Positions 11,301 through 24,000 of a stretch of 64,000 bases of DNA are shown one piece after another. This stretch comes from the human T2T-CHM13v2.0 reference genome, Homo sapiens. The notes under the pieces were generated by a model. The model worked only from the letters and a program-made list of their open reading frames with translations, made no database searches and was not told the origin of the DNA. How positions within the stretch are numbered: the stretch's first letter is position 1; every line of letters begins with the position of its first letter. Made by a program: the position numbers and the translations under genes. The DNA lies in the NCBI RefSeq assembly GCF_009914755.1, contig NC_060928.1. The stretch is one strand, 5' to 3'.

Positions 11301-14300
11301 CTGCAAGTTGATATTGAGATAGATTTGAAGATTTCGTTGGAAAAGGGAATATCTCCATATAAAATCTAGACGGAAGCATTCTCAGAAACTGCTTTGTGAT
11401 GTTTCCATTCAAGTCACAGAGTTGAATATTCCCTTTTATAGAGCACGTTTGAAACACTCTTTCTGCACTATCTGGAAGTGGACATTTCGAGCGCTTTGAG
11501 GCCTATGGTGAAAAAGGAAATATCTTCCCATAAAAATTAGACAGAAGCATTCTCAGAAACTTGTTTGTGATGTGTGTATTCAACTAACAGAGTTGAACTT
11601 TTGTTTTTACAGAGCCGTTTTAAAACACTCTTTTTGTGGAATCAGAAAGTGGATATTCGGATGGCTCTGAGGATTTCGTTGGAAGCGGGATTACATATAA
11701 AATCTAGAGAGAAGCATTCTCAGGAACTTCTTTGTGATGTTTGCATTGAAGTCACAGAATTGAACATTCACTTTGATAGAGCAGGTTTGAAACACTCATT
11801 CTGTAGTATCTGGAAGTGGACATTTCAAGCGCTTTCAGGCCTATGGTGAAAAAGGAAATATCTTCGAATAAAAACTAGACAGAAGCATCCTCAGAAACTT
11901 ATTTGTGATGTGTGTCCTCAACTAACAGAGTTGAAACTTTGTTTTGATACAGCATTTTGGAAACACTCCTTTTGTAGAATCTGCAGGTGGATATGTGGAT
12001 AGCTCTGAAGATTTCGTTGGAAACGGGAATTTCTTCATATAAAATCAAACAGAAGCATTCTCAGAAACTTCTCAGTGATGTTTGCATTCAGCTCATGGAG
12101 TTGAACACTTCCTTTCATAGAGCCGGTTTGAAACACTCTTTCTGCACTACCTGGAAGAGGCCATTTCGAGCGCTTTGAGTCCTATGGTGAAAAAGGAAAT
12201 ATCTTCTCATAAAAACCAGAAAGAAGCATTCTCAGAAACTTCTTTGTGTTGTGTGTACTCATGTAACAGTGTTGAACCATCCTTTTGACAGAGCAGTTTT
12301 GAAACACTCTTTTTGTAGAATCTGCAAGTGGATATTTGGATAGCTTTGAGGATTTCGTTGGAAACGGGATGACATATAATATCTAGAGAGAAGCATTCTC
12401 AGGAACTTCTTTGTGCTGTTTGCATTCAAGTCACAGAATTGAACATTCCCTTTCATAGTGCAGATTTGAAACACTCTTTCTCTAGTATCTGGAAGTGGGC
12501 ATTTCAAGCGCTTTCAGGCCTATTGAGAGAAAGGAAATACCTTCAAATAAAAACTAGACAGAAGCATTCTCAGAAACTTGTTTGTGATGTGTGTATTCAA
12601 CTAACAGAGTTGAACTTTTGTTTTTACAGAGCCGTTTTAAAACACTCTTTTTGTGGAATCAGAAAGTGGATATTCGGATGGCTCTGAGGATTTCGTTGGA
12701 AGCGGGATTACATATAAAATCTAGAGAGAAGCATTCTCAGGAACTTCTTTGTGATGTTTGCATTGAAGTCACAGAATTGAACATTCACTTTGATAGAGCA
12801 GGTTTGAAACACTCATTCTGTAGTATCTGGAAGTGGACATTTCAAGCGCTTTCAGGCCTATGGTGAGAAAGGAAATATCTTCGAATAAAAACTAGACAGA
12901 AGCATCCTCAGAAACTTATTTGTGATGTGTGTCCTCAACTAACAGAGTTGAAACTTTGTTTTGATACAGCATTTTGGAAACACTCTTTTTGTAGAATCTG
13001 CAGGTGGATATTTGGATAGCTTAGAGGGATTCGTTGGAAAGGGGATATCTTCATATAAAATCTAGACAGAAGCATTCTCAGAAACTTATTTGTGATGTGT
13101 GTCCTCAACTAACAGAGTTGAACCTTGGTTTTGATACAGCATTTTGGAAACACTCCTTTTGTAGAATCTGCAGGTGGATATGTGGATAGCTCTGAAGATT
13201 TCGTTGGAAACGGGAATTTCTTCATATAAAATCAAACAGAAGCATTCTCAGAAACTTCTCAGTGATGTTTGCATTCAGCTCATGGAGTTGAACACTTCCT
13301 TTCATAGAGCCGGTTTGAAACACTCTTTCTGCACTACCTGGAAGAGGCCATTTCGAGCGCTTTGAGTCCTATGGTGAAAAAGGAAATATCTTCTCATAAA
13401 AACCAGAAAGAAGCATTCTCAGAAACTTCTTTGTGTTGTGTGTACTCATGTAACAGTGTTGAACCATCCTTTTGACAGAGCAGTTTTGAAACACTCTTTT
13501 TGTAGAATCTGCAAGTGGATATTTGGATAGCTTTGAGGATTTCGTTGGAAACGGGATGACATATAATATCTAGAGAGAAGCATTCTCAGGAACTTCTTTG
13601 TGATGTTTGCATTCAAGTCACAGAATTGAACATTCCCTTTCATAGAGCAGGTTTGAAACACTCTTTCTCTAGTATCTGGAAGTGGGCATTTCAAGCGCTT
13701 TCAGGCCTATGGAGAGAAAGGAAATACCTTCAAATAAAAACTAGACAGAAGCATTCTCAGAAACTTATTTGTGATGTGTGTCCTCAACTAACAGAGTTGA
13801 ACCTTTGTTTTGATACAGCATTTTGGAAACACTCCTTTTGTAGAATCTGCAGGTGGATATTTGGATAACTTTGAAGATTTCGTTGGAAACCGGAATATCT
13901 TCATATAAAATCAAGACAGAAGCATTCTCGGAAACATCTCTGTGATGTTTGCATTCAACTCAGTAGAGTTGAACACTTCCTTTCATAGAGCCGGTTTGAA
14001 ACACTCTTTCTGCACTACCTGGAAGCGGACATTTCGAGCGCTTTGAGGCCTATGGTGAAAAAGGAAATATCTTCTCATAAAAACCAGAAAGAAGCATTCT
14101 CAGAAACTTCTTTGTGTTGTGTGTACTCAAGTAACAGTGTTGAACCTTCCTTTTGACACAGCAGTTTTGAAACACTCTTTTGGTAGAATCTGCAAGTGGA
14201 TATTTGGATAGCTTTGAGGATTTCGTTGGAAACGGGTTATCTTCATATAAAATCCAGACAGGAGCATTCTCAGAAACTTCTTTGTGCTGCATGTCCTCAA

Positions 14301-17300
14301 TTCACAGAGCTGAACCTTTGTTTGGATACAGCATTTTGGAAACATTCCTTTAGTAGAATCTGCAAGTTGATATTTAGATAGCTTTGAAGATTTCGTTGGA
14401 AACGGGAATATCTTCATAGAAAATCTAGACGGAAGCATTCTCAGAAACTGCTTTGTGATGTTTGCATTCAAGTCACAGAGTTGAATATTCCCTTTTATAG
14501 AGTAGGTTTGAAACACTCTTTCGGCACTACCTGGAAGTGGATATTTCGAGCTCTTTGAGGCCTATGTTTAAAAGGAAATATCTTCCCATAAAAACTAGAC
14601 AGAAGCCGTCTCAGAAACTTGTTTGTGATGTGTGTATTCAACTAACAGAGTTGAACATTTCTGTTACAGAGCAATTTTAAAACACTCTTTTTGTGGAATC
14701 TGAAAGTGGATAATTGGATAGCTTTGTGGATTTCGTTGGAAACGGGATGACGTATAAAATCTAGAGAGAAGCATTCTCAGGAACTTCTTTGTGATGTTTG
14801 CATTCAAGTCACAGAATTGAACATTCCTTTTCATAGTGCAGGTTTGAAACACTCTTTCTGTAGTATCTGGAAGTGGACATTTCAAGCGCTTTCAGGCCTA
14901 CGGGGAGAAAGGAAATATCTTCAAATAAAAACTAGACAGAAGGATTCTCAGAAACTTATTTGTGATGTGTGTCCTAAACGAACACAGTTGAACCTTTGTT
15001 TAGATACAGCATTTTGGAAACACTCCTTTTGTAGGATCTGCAGGTGGATATTTGGATAGATTTTAAGATTTCGTTGGAAACGGGAGTTTCTTCATAGAAA
15101 CTCAAGACAGATGCATTCTCAGAAACATCTCTGTGATGTTTGCATTCCACTCATAGAGTTGAAAACTTCCTTTCATAGAGCAGGTTTGAAACACTCTTTT
15201 TGTAATATTTGGAAGTGGACATTTGCAGCGCTTTGAGGCCTATGGTGAAAAAGGAAATATCTTCTCATAAAAACCAGAAACAAGCATTCTCAGAAACTTC
15301 TTTTTGATGTGTGTACTCAAGTAACAGAGTTGAACCTTCCTTTTGACACAGCAGTTTTGAAACAATCTTTTTGTAGAATCTGCAAGTGGATATTTGGATA
15401 GCTTTGAGGATTTCGTTGGAAACGGGATATCTTCGTATAAAATCTAGACAGAAGCATTCTCAGAAACTTCTTTGTGCTGTATGTCCTCAATTAACAGAGT
15501 TGAACCATTGCTTGGATACAGCATTTTGGAAACATTCCTTTAGTAGAATCTGCAAGTTGATATTGAGATAGATTTGAAGATTTCGTTGGAAAAGGGAATA
15601 TCTCCATATAAAATCTAGACGGAAGCATTCTCAGAAACTGCTTTGTGATGTTTCCATTCAAGTCACAGAGTTGAATATTCCCTTTTATAGAGCACGTTTG
15701 AAACACTCTTTCTGCACTATCTGGAAGTGGACATTTCGAGCGCTTTGAGGCCTATGGTGAAAAAGGAAATATCTTCCCATAAAAATTAGACAGAAGCATT
15801 CTCAGAAACTTGTTTGTGATGTGTGTATTCAACTAACAGAGTTGAACTTTTGTTTTTACAGAGCCGTTTTAAAACACTCTTTTTGTGGAATCAGAAAGTG
15901 GATATTCGGATGGCTCTGAGGATTTCGTTGGAAGCGGGATTACATATAAAATCTAGAGAGAAGCATTCTCAGGAACTTCTTTGTGATGTTTGCATTGAAG
16001 TCACAGAATTGAACATTCACTTTGATAGAGCAGGTTTGAAACACTCATTCTGTAGTATCTGGAAGTGGACATTTCAAGCGCTTTCAGGCCTATGGTGAGA
16101 AAGGAAATATCTTCGAATAAAAACTAGACAGAAGCATCCTCAGAAACTTATTTGTGATGTGTGTCCTCAACTAACAGAGTTGAAACTTTGTTTTGATACA
16201 GCATTTTGGAAACACTCCTTTTGTAGAATCTGCAGGTGGATATGTGGATAGCTCTGAAGATTTCGTTGGAAACGGGAATTTCTTCATATAAAATCAAACA
16301 GAAGCATTCTCAGAAACTTCTCAGTGATGTTTGCATTCAGCTCATGGAGTTGAACACTTCCTTTCATAGAGCCGGTTTGAAACACTCTTTCTGCACTACC
16401 TGGAAGAGGCCATTTCGAGCGCTTTGAGTCCTATGGTGAAAAAGGAAATATCTTCTCATAAAAACCAGAAAGAAGCATTCTCAGAAACTTCTTTGTGTTG
16501 TGTGTACTCATGTAACAGTGTTGAACCATCCTTTTGACAGAGCAGTTTTGAAACACTCTTTTTGTAGAATCTGCAAGTGGATATTTGGATAGCTTTGAGG
16601 ATTTCGTTGGAAACGGGATGACATATAATATCTAGAGAGAAGCATTCTCAGGAACTTCTTTGTGCTGTTTGCATTCAAGTCACAGAATTGAACATTCCCT
16701 TTCATAGTGCAGATTTGAAACACTCTTTCTCTAGTATCTGGAAGTGGGCATTTCAAGCGCTTTCAGGCCTATTGAGAGAAAGGAAATACCTTCAAATAAA
16801 AACTAGACAGAAGCATTCTCAGAAACTTGTTTGTGATGTGTGTATTCAACTAACAGAGTTGAACTTTTGTTTTTACAGAGCCGTTTTAAAACACTCTTTT
16901 TGTGGAATCAGAAAGTGGATATTCGGATGGCTCTGAGGATTTCGTTGGAAGCGGGATTACATATAAAATCTAGAGAGAAGCATTCTCAGGAACTTCTTTG
17001 TGATGTTTGCATTGAAGTCACAGAATTGAACATTCACTTTGATAGAGCAGGTTTGAAACACTCATTCTGTAGTATCTGGAAGTGGACATTTCAAGCGCTT
17101 TCAGGCCTATGGTGAGAAAGGAAATATCTTCGAATAAAAACTAGACAGAAGCATCCTCAGAAACTTATTTGTGATGTGTGTCCTCAACTAACAGAGTTGA
17201 AACTTTGTTTTGATACAGCATTTTGGAAACACTCTTTTTGTAGAATCTGCAGGTGGATATTTGGATAGCTTAGAGGGATTCGTTGGAAAGGGGATATCTT

Positions 17301-20061
17301 CATATAAAATCTAGACAGAAGCATTCTCAGAAACTTATTTGTGATGTGTGTCCTCAACTAACAGAGTTGAACCTTGGTTTTGATACAGCATTTTGGAAAC
17401 ACTCCTTTTGTAGAATCTGCAGGTGGATATGTGGATAGCTCTGAAGATTTCGTTGGAAACGGGAATTTCTTCATATAAAATCAAACAGAAGCATTCTCAG
17501 AAACTTCTCAGTGATGTTTGCATTCAGCTCATGGAGTTGAACACTTCCTTTCATAGAGCCGGTTTGAAACACTCTTTCTGCACTACCTGGAAGAGGACAT
17601 TTCGAGCGCTTTGAGTCCTATGGTGAAAAAGGAAATATCTTCTCATAAAAACCAGAAAGAAGCATTCTCAGAAACTTCTTTGTGTTGTGTGTACTCATGT
17701 AACAGTGTTGAACCATCCTTTTGACAGAGCAGTTTTGAAACACTCTTTTTGTAGAATCTGCAAGTGGATATTTGGATAGCTTTGAGGATTTCGTTGGAAA
17801 CGGGATGACATATAATATCTAGACAGAAGCATTCTCAGGAACTTCTTTGTGATGTTTGCATTCAAGTCACAGAATTGAACATTCCCTTTCATAGAGCAGG
17901 TTTGAAACACTCTTTCTCTAGTATCTGGAAGTGGGCATTTCAAGCGCTTTCAGGCCTATGGAGAGAAAGGAAATACCTTCAAATAAAAACTAGACAGAAG
18001 CATTCTCAGAAACTTATTTGTGATGTGTGTCCTCAACTAACAGAGTTGAACCTTTGTTTTGATACAGCATTTTGGAAACACTCCTTTTGTAGAATCTGCA
18101 GGTGGATATTTGGATAACTTTGAAGATTTCGTTGGAAACCGGAATATCTTCATATAAAATCAAGACAGAAGCATTCTCGGAAACATCTCTGTGATGTTTG
18201 CATTCAACTCAGTAGAGTTGAACACTTCCTTTCATAGAGCCGGTTTGAAACACTCTTTCTGCACTACCTGGAAGCGGACATTTCGAGCGCTTTGAGGCCT
18301 ATGGTGAAAAAGGAAATATCTTCTCATAAAAACCAGAAAGAAGCATTCTCAGAAACTTCTTTGTGTTGTGTGTACTCAAGTAACAGTGTTGAACCTTCCT
18401 TTTGACACAGCAGTTTTGAAACACTCTTTTGGTAGAATCTGCAAGTGGATATTTGGATAGCTTTGAGGATTTCGTTGGAAACGGGTTATCTTCATATAAA
18501 ATCCAGACAGGAGCATTCTCAGAAACTTCTTTGTGCTGCATGTCCTCAATTCACAGAGCTGAACCTTTGTTTGGATACAGCATTTTGGAAACATTCCTTT
18601 AGTAGAATCTGCAAGTTGATATTTAGATAGCTTTGAAGATTTCGTTGGAAACGGGAATATCTTCATAGAAAATCTAGACGGAAGCATTCTCAGAAACTGC
18701 TTTGTGATGTTTGCATTCAAGTCACAGAGTTGAATATTCCCTTTTATAGAGTAGGTTTGAAACACTCTTTCGGCACTACCTGGAAGTGGATATTTCGAGC
18801 TCTTTGAGGCCTATGGTTAAAAGGAAATATCTTCCCATAAAAACTAGACAGAAGCCGTCTCAGAAACTTGTTTGTGATGTGTGTATTCAACTACCAGAGT
18901 TGAACATTTCTGTTACAGAGCAATTTTAAAACACTCTTTTTGTGGAATCTGAAAGTGGATAATTGGATAGCTTTGTGGATTTCGTTGGAAACGGGATGAC
19001 GTATAAAATCTAGAGAGAAGCATTCTCAGGAACTTCTTTCTGATGTTTGCATTCAAGTCACAGAATTGAACATTCCTTTTCATAGTGCAGGTTTGAAACA
19101 CTCTTTCTGTAGTATCTGGAAGTGGACATTTCAAGCGCTTTCAGGCCTACGGGGAGAAAGGAAATATCTTCAAATAAAAACTAGACAGAAGGATTCTCAG
19201 AAACTTATTTGTGATGTGTGTCCTAAACGAACACAGTTGAACCTTTGTTTAGATACAGCATTTTGGAAACACTCCTTTTGTAGGATCTGCAGGTGGATAT
19301 TTGGATAGATTTTAAGATTTCGTTGGAAACGGGAGTTTCTTCATAGAAACTCAAGACAGATGCATTCTCAGAAACATCTCTGTGATGTTTGCATTCCACT
19401 CATAGAGTTGAAAACTTCCTTTCATAGAGCAGGTTTGAAACACTCTTTTTGTAATATTTGGAAGTGGACATTTGCAGCGCTTTGAGGCCTATGGTGAAAA
19501 AGGAAATATCTTCTCATAAAAACCAGAAACAAGCATTCTCAGAAACTTCTTTTTGATGTGTGTACTCAAATAACAGAGTTGAACCTTCCTTTTGACACAG
19601 CAGTTTTGAAACAATCTTTTTGTAGAATCTGCAAGTGGATATTTGGATAGCTTTGAGGATTTCGTTGGAAACGGGATATCTTCATATAAAATCTAGACAG
19701 AAGCATTCTCAGAAACTTCTTTGTGCTGTATGTCCTCAATTAACAGAGTTGAACCATTGCTTGGATACAGCATTTTGGAAACATTCCTTTAGTAGAATCT
19801 GCAAGTTGATATTGAGATAGATTTGAAGATTTCGTTGGAAAAGGGAATATCTCCATATAAAATCTAGACGGAAGCATTCTCAGAAACTGCTTTGTGATGT
19901 TTCCATTCAAGTCACAGAGTTGAATATTCCCTTTTATAGAGCACGTTTGAAACACTCTTTCTGCACTATCTGGAAGTGGACATTTCGAGCGCTTTGAGGC
20001 CTATGGTGAAAAAGGAAATATCTTCCCATAAAAATTAGACAGAAGCATTCTCAGAAACTTG

Positions 20062-21078
20062 TTTGTGATGTGTGTATTCAACTAACAGAGTTGAACTTTT
20101 GTTTTTACAGAGCCGTTTTAAAACACTCTTTTTGTGGAATCAGAAAGTGGATATTCGGATGGCTCTGAGGATTTCGTTGGAAGCGGGATTACATATAAAA
20201 TCTAGAGAGAAGCATTCTCAGGAACTTCTTTGTGATGTTTGCATTGAAGTCACAGAATTGAACATTCACTTTGATAGAGCAGGTTTGAAACACTCATTCT
20301 GTAGTATCTGGAAGTGGACATTTCAAGCGCTTTCAGGCCTATGGTGAGAAAGGAAATATCTTCGAATAAAAACTAGACAGAAGCATCCTCAGAAACTTAT
20401 TTGTGATGTGTGTCCTCAACTAACAGAGTTGAAACTTTGTTTTGATACAGCATTTTGGAAACACTCCTTTTGTAGAATCTGCAGGTGGATATGTGGATAG
20501 CTCTGAAGATTTCGTTGGAAACGGGAATTTCTTCATATAAAATCAAACAGAAGCATTCTCAGAAACTTCTCAGTGATGTTTGCATTCAGCTCATGGAGTT
20601 GAACACTTCCTTTCATAGAGCCGGTTTGAAACACTCTTTCTGCACTACCTGGAAGAGGCCATTTCGAGCGCTTTGAGTCCTATGGTGAAAAAGGAAATAT
20701 CTTCTCATAAAAACCAGAAAGAAGCATTCTCAGAAACTTCTTTGTGTTGTGTGTACTCATGTAACAGTGTTGAACCATCCTTTTGACAGAGCAGTTTTGA
20801 AACACTCTTTTTGTAGAATCTGCAAGTGGATATTTGGATAGCTTTGAGGATTTCGTTGGAAACGGGATGACATATAATATCTAGAGAGAAGCATTCTCAG
20901 GAACTTCTTTGTGCTGTTTGCATTCAAGTCACAGAGTTGAATATTCCCTTTTATAGAGCACGTTTGAAACACTCTTTCTGCACTATCTGGAAGTGGACAT
21001 TTCGAGCGCTTTGAGGCCTATGGTGAAAAAGGAAATATCTTCCCATAAAAACTAGACAGAAGCATTCTCAGAAACTTG
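20062..21078 (+). repeat. Atypical 6-mer (1017 bp) ending in an m7/m19 hybrid monomer
   Basis: The last monomer starts as m7 (caggaacttctttgtgctgtttgc) and continues as m19 (acagagttgaatattcccttttatagagcacg...cttcccata). Confidence 0.9.
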
Positions 21079-24000
21079 TTTGTGATGTGTGTATTCAACT
21101 AACAGAGTTGAACTTTTGTTTTTACAGAGCCGTTTTAAAACACTCTTTTTGTGGAATCAGAAAGTGGATATTCGGATGGCTCTGAGGATTTCGTTGGAAG
21201 CGGGATTACATATAAAATCTAGAGAGAAGCATTCTCAGGAACTTCTTTGTGATGTTTGCATTGAAGTCACAGAATTGAACATTCACTTTGATAGAGCAGG
21301 TTTGAAACACTCATTCTGTAGTATCTGGAAGTGGACATTTCAAGCGCTTTCAGGCCTATGGTGAGAAAGGAAATATCTTCGAATAAAAACTAGACAGAAG
21401 CATCCTCAGAAACTTATTTGTGATGTGTGTCCTCAACTAACAGAGTTGAAACTTTGTTTTGATACAGCATTTTGGAAACACTCTTTTTGTAGAATCTGCA
21501 GGTGGATATTTGGATAGCTTAGAGGGATTCGTTGGAAAGGGGATATCTTCATATAAAATCTAGACAGAAGCATTCTCAGAAACTTATTTGTGATGTGTGT
21601 CCTCAACTAACAGAGTTGAACCTTGGTTTTGATACAGCATTTTGGAAACACTCCTTTTGTAGAATCTGCAGGTGGATATGTGGATAGCTCTGAAGATTTC
21701 GTTGGAAACGGGAATTTCTTCATATAAAATCAAACAGAAGCATTCTCAGAAACTTCTCAGTGATGTTTGCATTCAGCTCATGGAGTTGAACACTTCCTTT
21801 CATAGAGCCGGTTTGAAACACTCTTTCTGCACTACCTGGAAGAGGACATTTCGAGCGCTTTGAGTCCTATGGTGAAAAAGGAAATATCTTCTCATAAAAA
21901 CCAGAAAGAAGCATTCTCAGAAACTTCTTTGTGTTGTGTGTACTCATGTAACAGTGTTGAACCATCCTTTTGACAGAGCAGTTTTGAAACACTCTTTTTG
22001 TAGAATCTGCAAGTGGATATTTGGATAGCTTTGAGGATTTCGTTGGAAACGGGATGACATATAATATCTAGAGAGAAGCATTCTCAGGAACTTCTTTGTG
22101 ATGTTTGCATTCAAGTCACAGAATTGAACATTCCCTTTCATAGAGCAGGTTTGAAACACTCTTTCTCTAGTATCTGGAAGTGGGCATTTCAAGCGCTTTC
22201 AGGCCTATGGAGAGAAAGGAAATACCTTCAAATAAAAACTAGACAGAAGCATTCTCAGAAACTTATTTGTGATGTGTGTCCTCAACTAACAGAGTTGAAC
22301 CTTTGTTTTGATACAGCATTTTGGAAACACTCCTTTTGTAGAATCTGCAGGTGGATATTTGGATAACTTTGAAGATTTCGTTGGAAACCGGAATATCTTC
22401 ATATAAAATCAAGACAGAAGCATTCTCGGAAACATCTCTGTGATGTTTGCATTCAACTCAGTAGAGTTGAACACTTCCTTTCATAGAGCAGGTTTGAAAC
22501 ACTCTTTCTGCACTACCTGGAAGCGGACATTTCGAGCGCTTTGAGGCCTATGGTGAAAAAGGAAATATCTTCTCATAAAAACCAGAAAGAAGCATTCTCA
22601 GAAACTTCTTTGTGTAGTGTGTACTCAAGTAACAGTGTTGAACCTTCCTTTTGACACAGCAGTTTTGAAACACTCTTTTGGTAGAATCTGCAAGTGGATA
22701 TTTGGATAGCTTTGAGGATTTCGTTGGAAACGGGTTATCTTCATATAAAATCCAGACAGGAGCATTCTCAGAAACTTCTTTGTGCTGCATGTCCTCAATT
22801 CACAGAGCTGAACCTTTGTTTGGATACAGCATTTTGGAAACATTCCTTTAGTAGAATCTGCAAGTTGATATTTAGATAGCTTTGAAGATTTCGTTGGAAA
22901 CGGGAATATCTTCATAGAAAATCTAGACGGAAGCATTCTCAGAAACTGCTTTGTGATGTTTGCATTCAAGTCACAGAGTTGAATATTCCCTTTTATAGAG
23001 TAGGTTTGAAACACTCTTTCAGCACTACCTGGAAGTGGATATTTCGAGCTCTTTGAGGCCTATGGTTAAAAGGAAATATCTTCCCATAAAAACTAGACAG
23101 AAGCCGTCTCAGAAACTTGTTTGTGATGTGTGTATTCAACTACCAGAGTTGAACATTTCTGTTACAGAGCAATTTTAAAACACTCTTTTTGTGGAATCTG
23201 AAAGTGGATAATTGGATAGCTTTGTGGATTTCGTTGGAAACGGGATGACGTATAAAATCTAGAGAGAAGCATTCTCAGGAACTTCTTTCTGATGTTTGCA
23301 TTCAAGTCACAGAATTGAACATTCCTTTTCATAGTGCAGGTTTGAAACACTCTTTCTGTAGTATCTGGAAGTGGACATTTCAAGCGCTTTCAGGCCTACG
23401 GGGAGAAAGGAAATATCTTCAAATAAAAACTAGACAGAAGGATTCTCAGAAACTTATTTGTGATGTGTGTCCTAAACGAACACAGTTGAACCTTTGTTTA
23501 GATACAGCATTTTGGAAACACTCCTTTTGTAGGATCTGCAGGTGGATATTTGGATAGATTTTAAGATTTCGTTGGAAACGGGAGTTTCTTCATAGAAACT
23601 CAAGACAGATGCATTCTCAGAAACATCTCTGTGATGTTTGCATTCCACTCATAGAGTTGAAAACTTCCTTTCATAGAGCAGGTTTGAAACACTCTTTTTG
23701 TAATATTTGGAAGTGGACATTTGCAGCGCTTTGAGGCCTATGGTGAAAAAGGAAATATCTTCTCATAAAAACCAGAAACAAGCATTCTCAGAAACTTCTT
23801 TTTGATGTGTGTACTCAAGTAACAGAGTTGAACCTTCCTTTTGACACAGCAGTTTTGAAACAATCTTTTTGTAGAATCTGCAAGTGGATATTTGGATAGC
23901 TTTGAGGATTTCGTTGGAAACGGGATATCTTCATATAAAATCTAGACAGAAGCATTCTCAGAAACTTCTTTGTGCTGTATGTCCTCAATTAACAGAGTTG

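Larger units (their letters stand above)
4083..21078 (+). repeat. First cluster of four 4249-bp 25-mer super-repeats (19-mer + 6-mer)
   Basis: Marker ORF starts 4093, 7325, 8342, 11574, 12591, 15823, 16840, 20072, 21089 give alternating 3232/1017 spacings. Confidence 0.93.
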
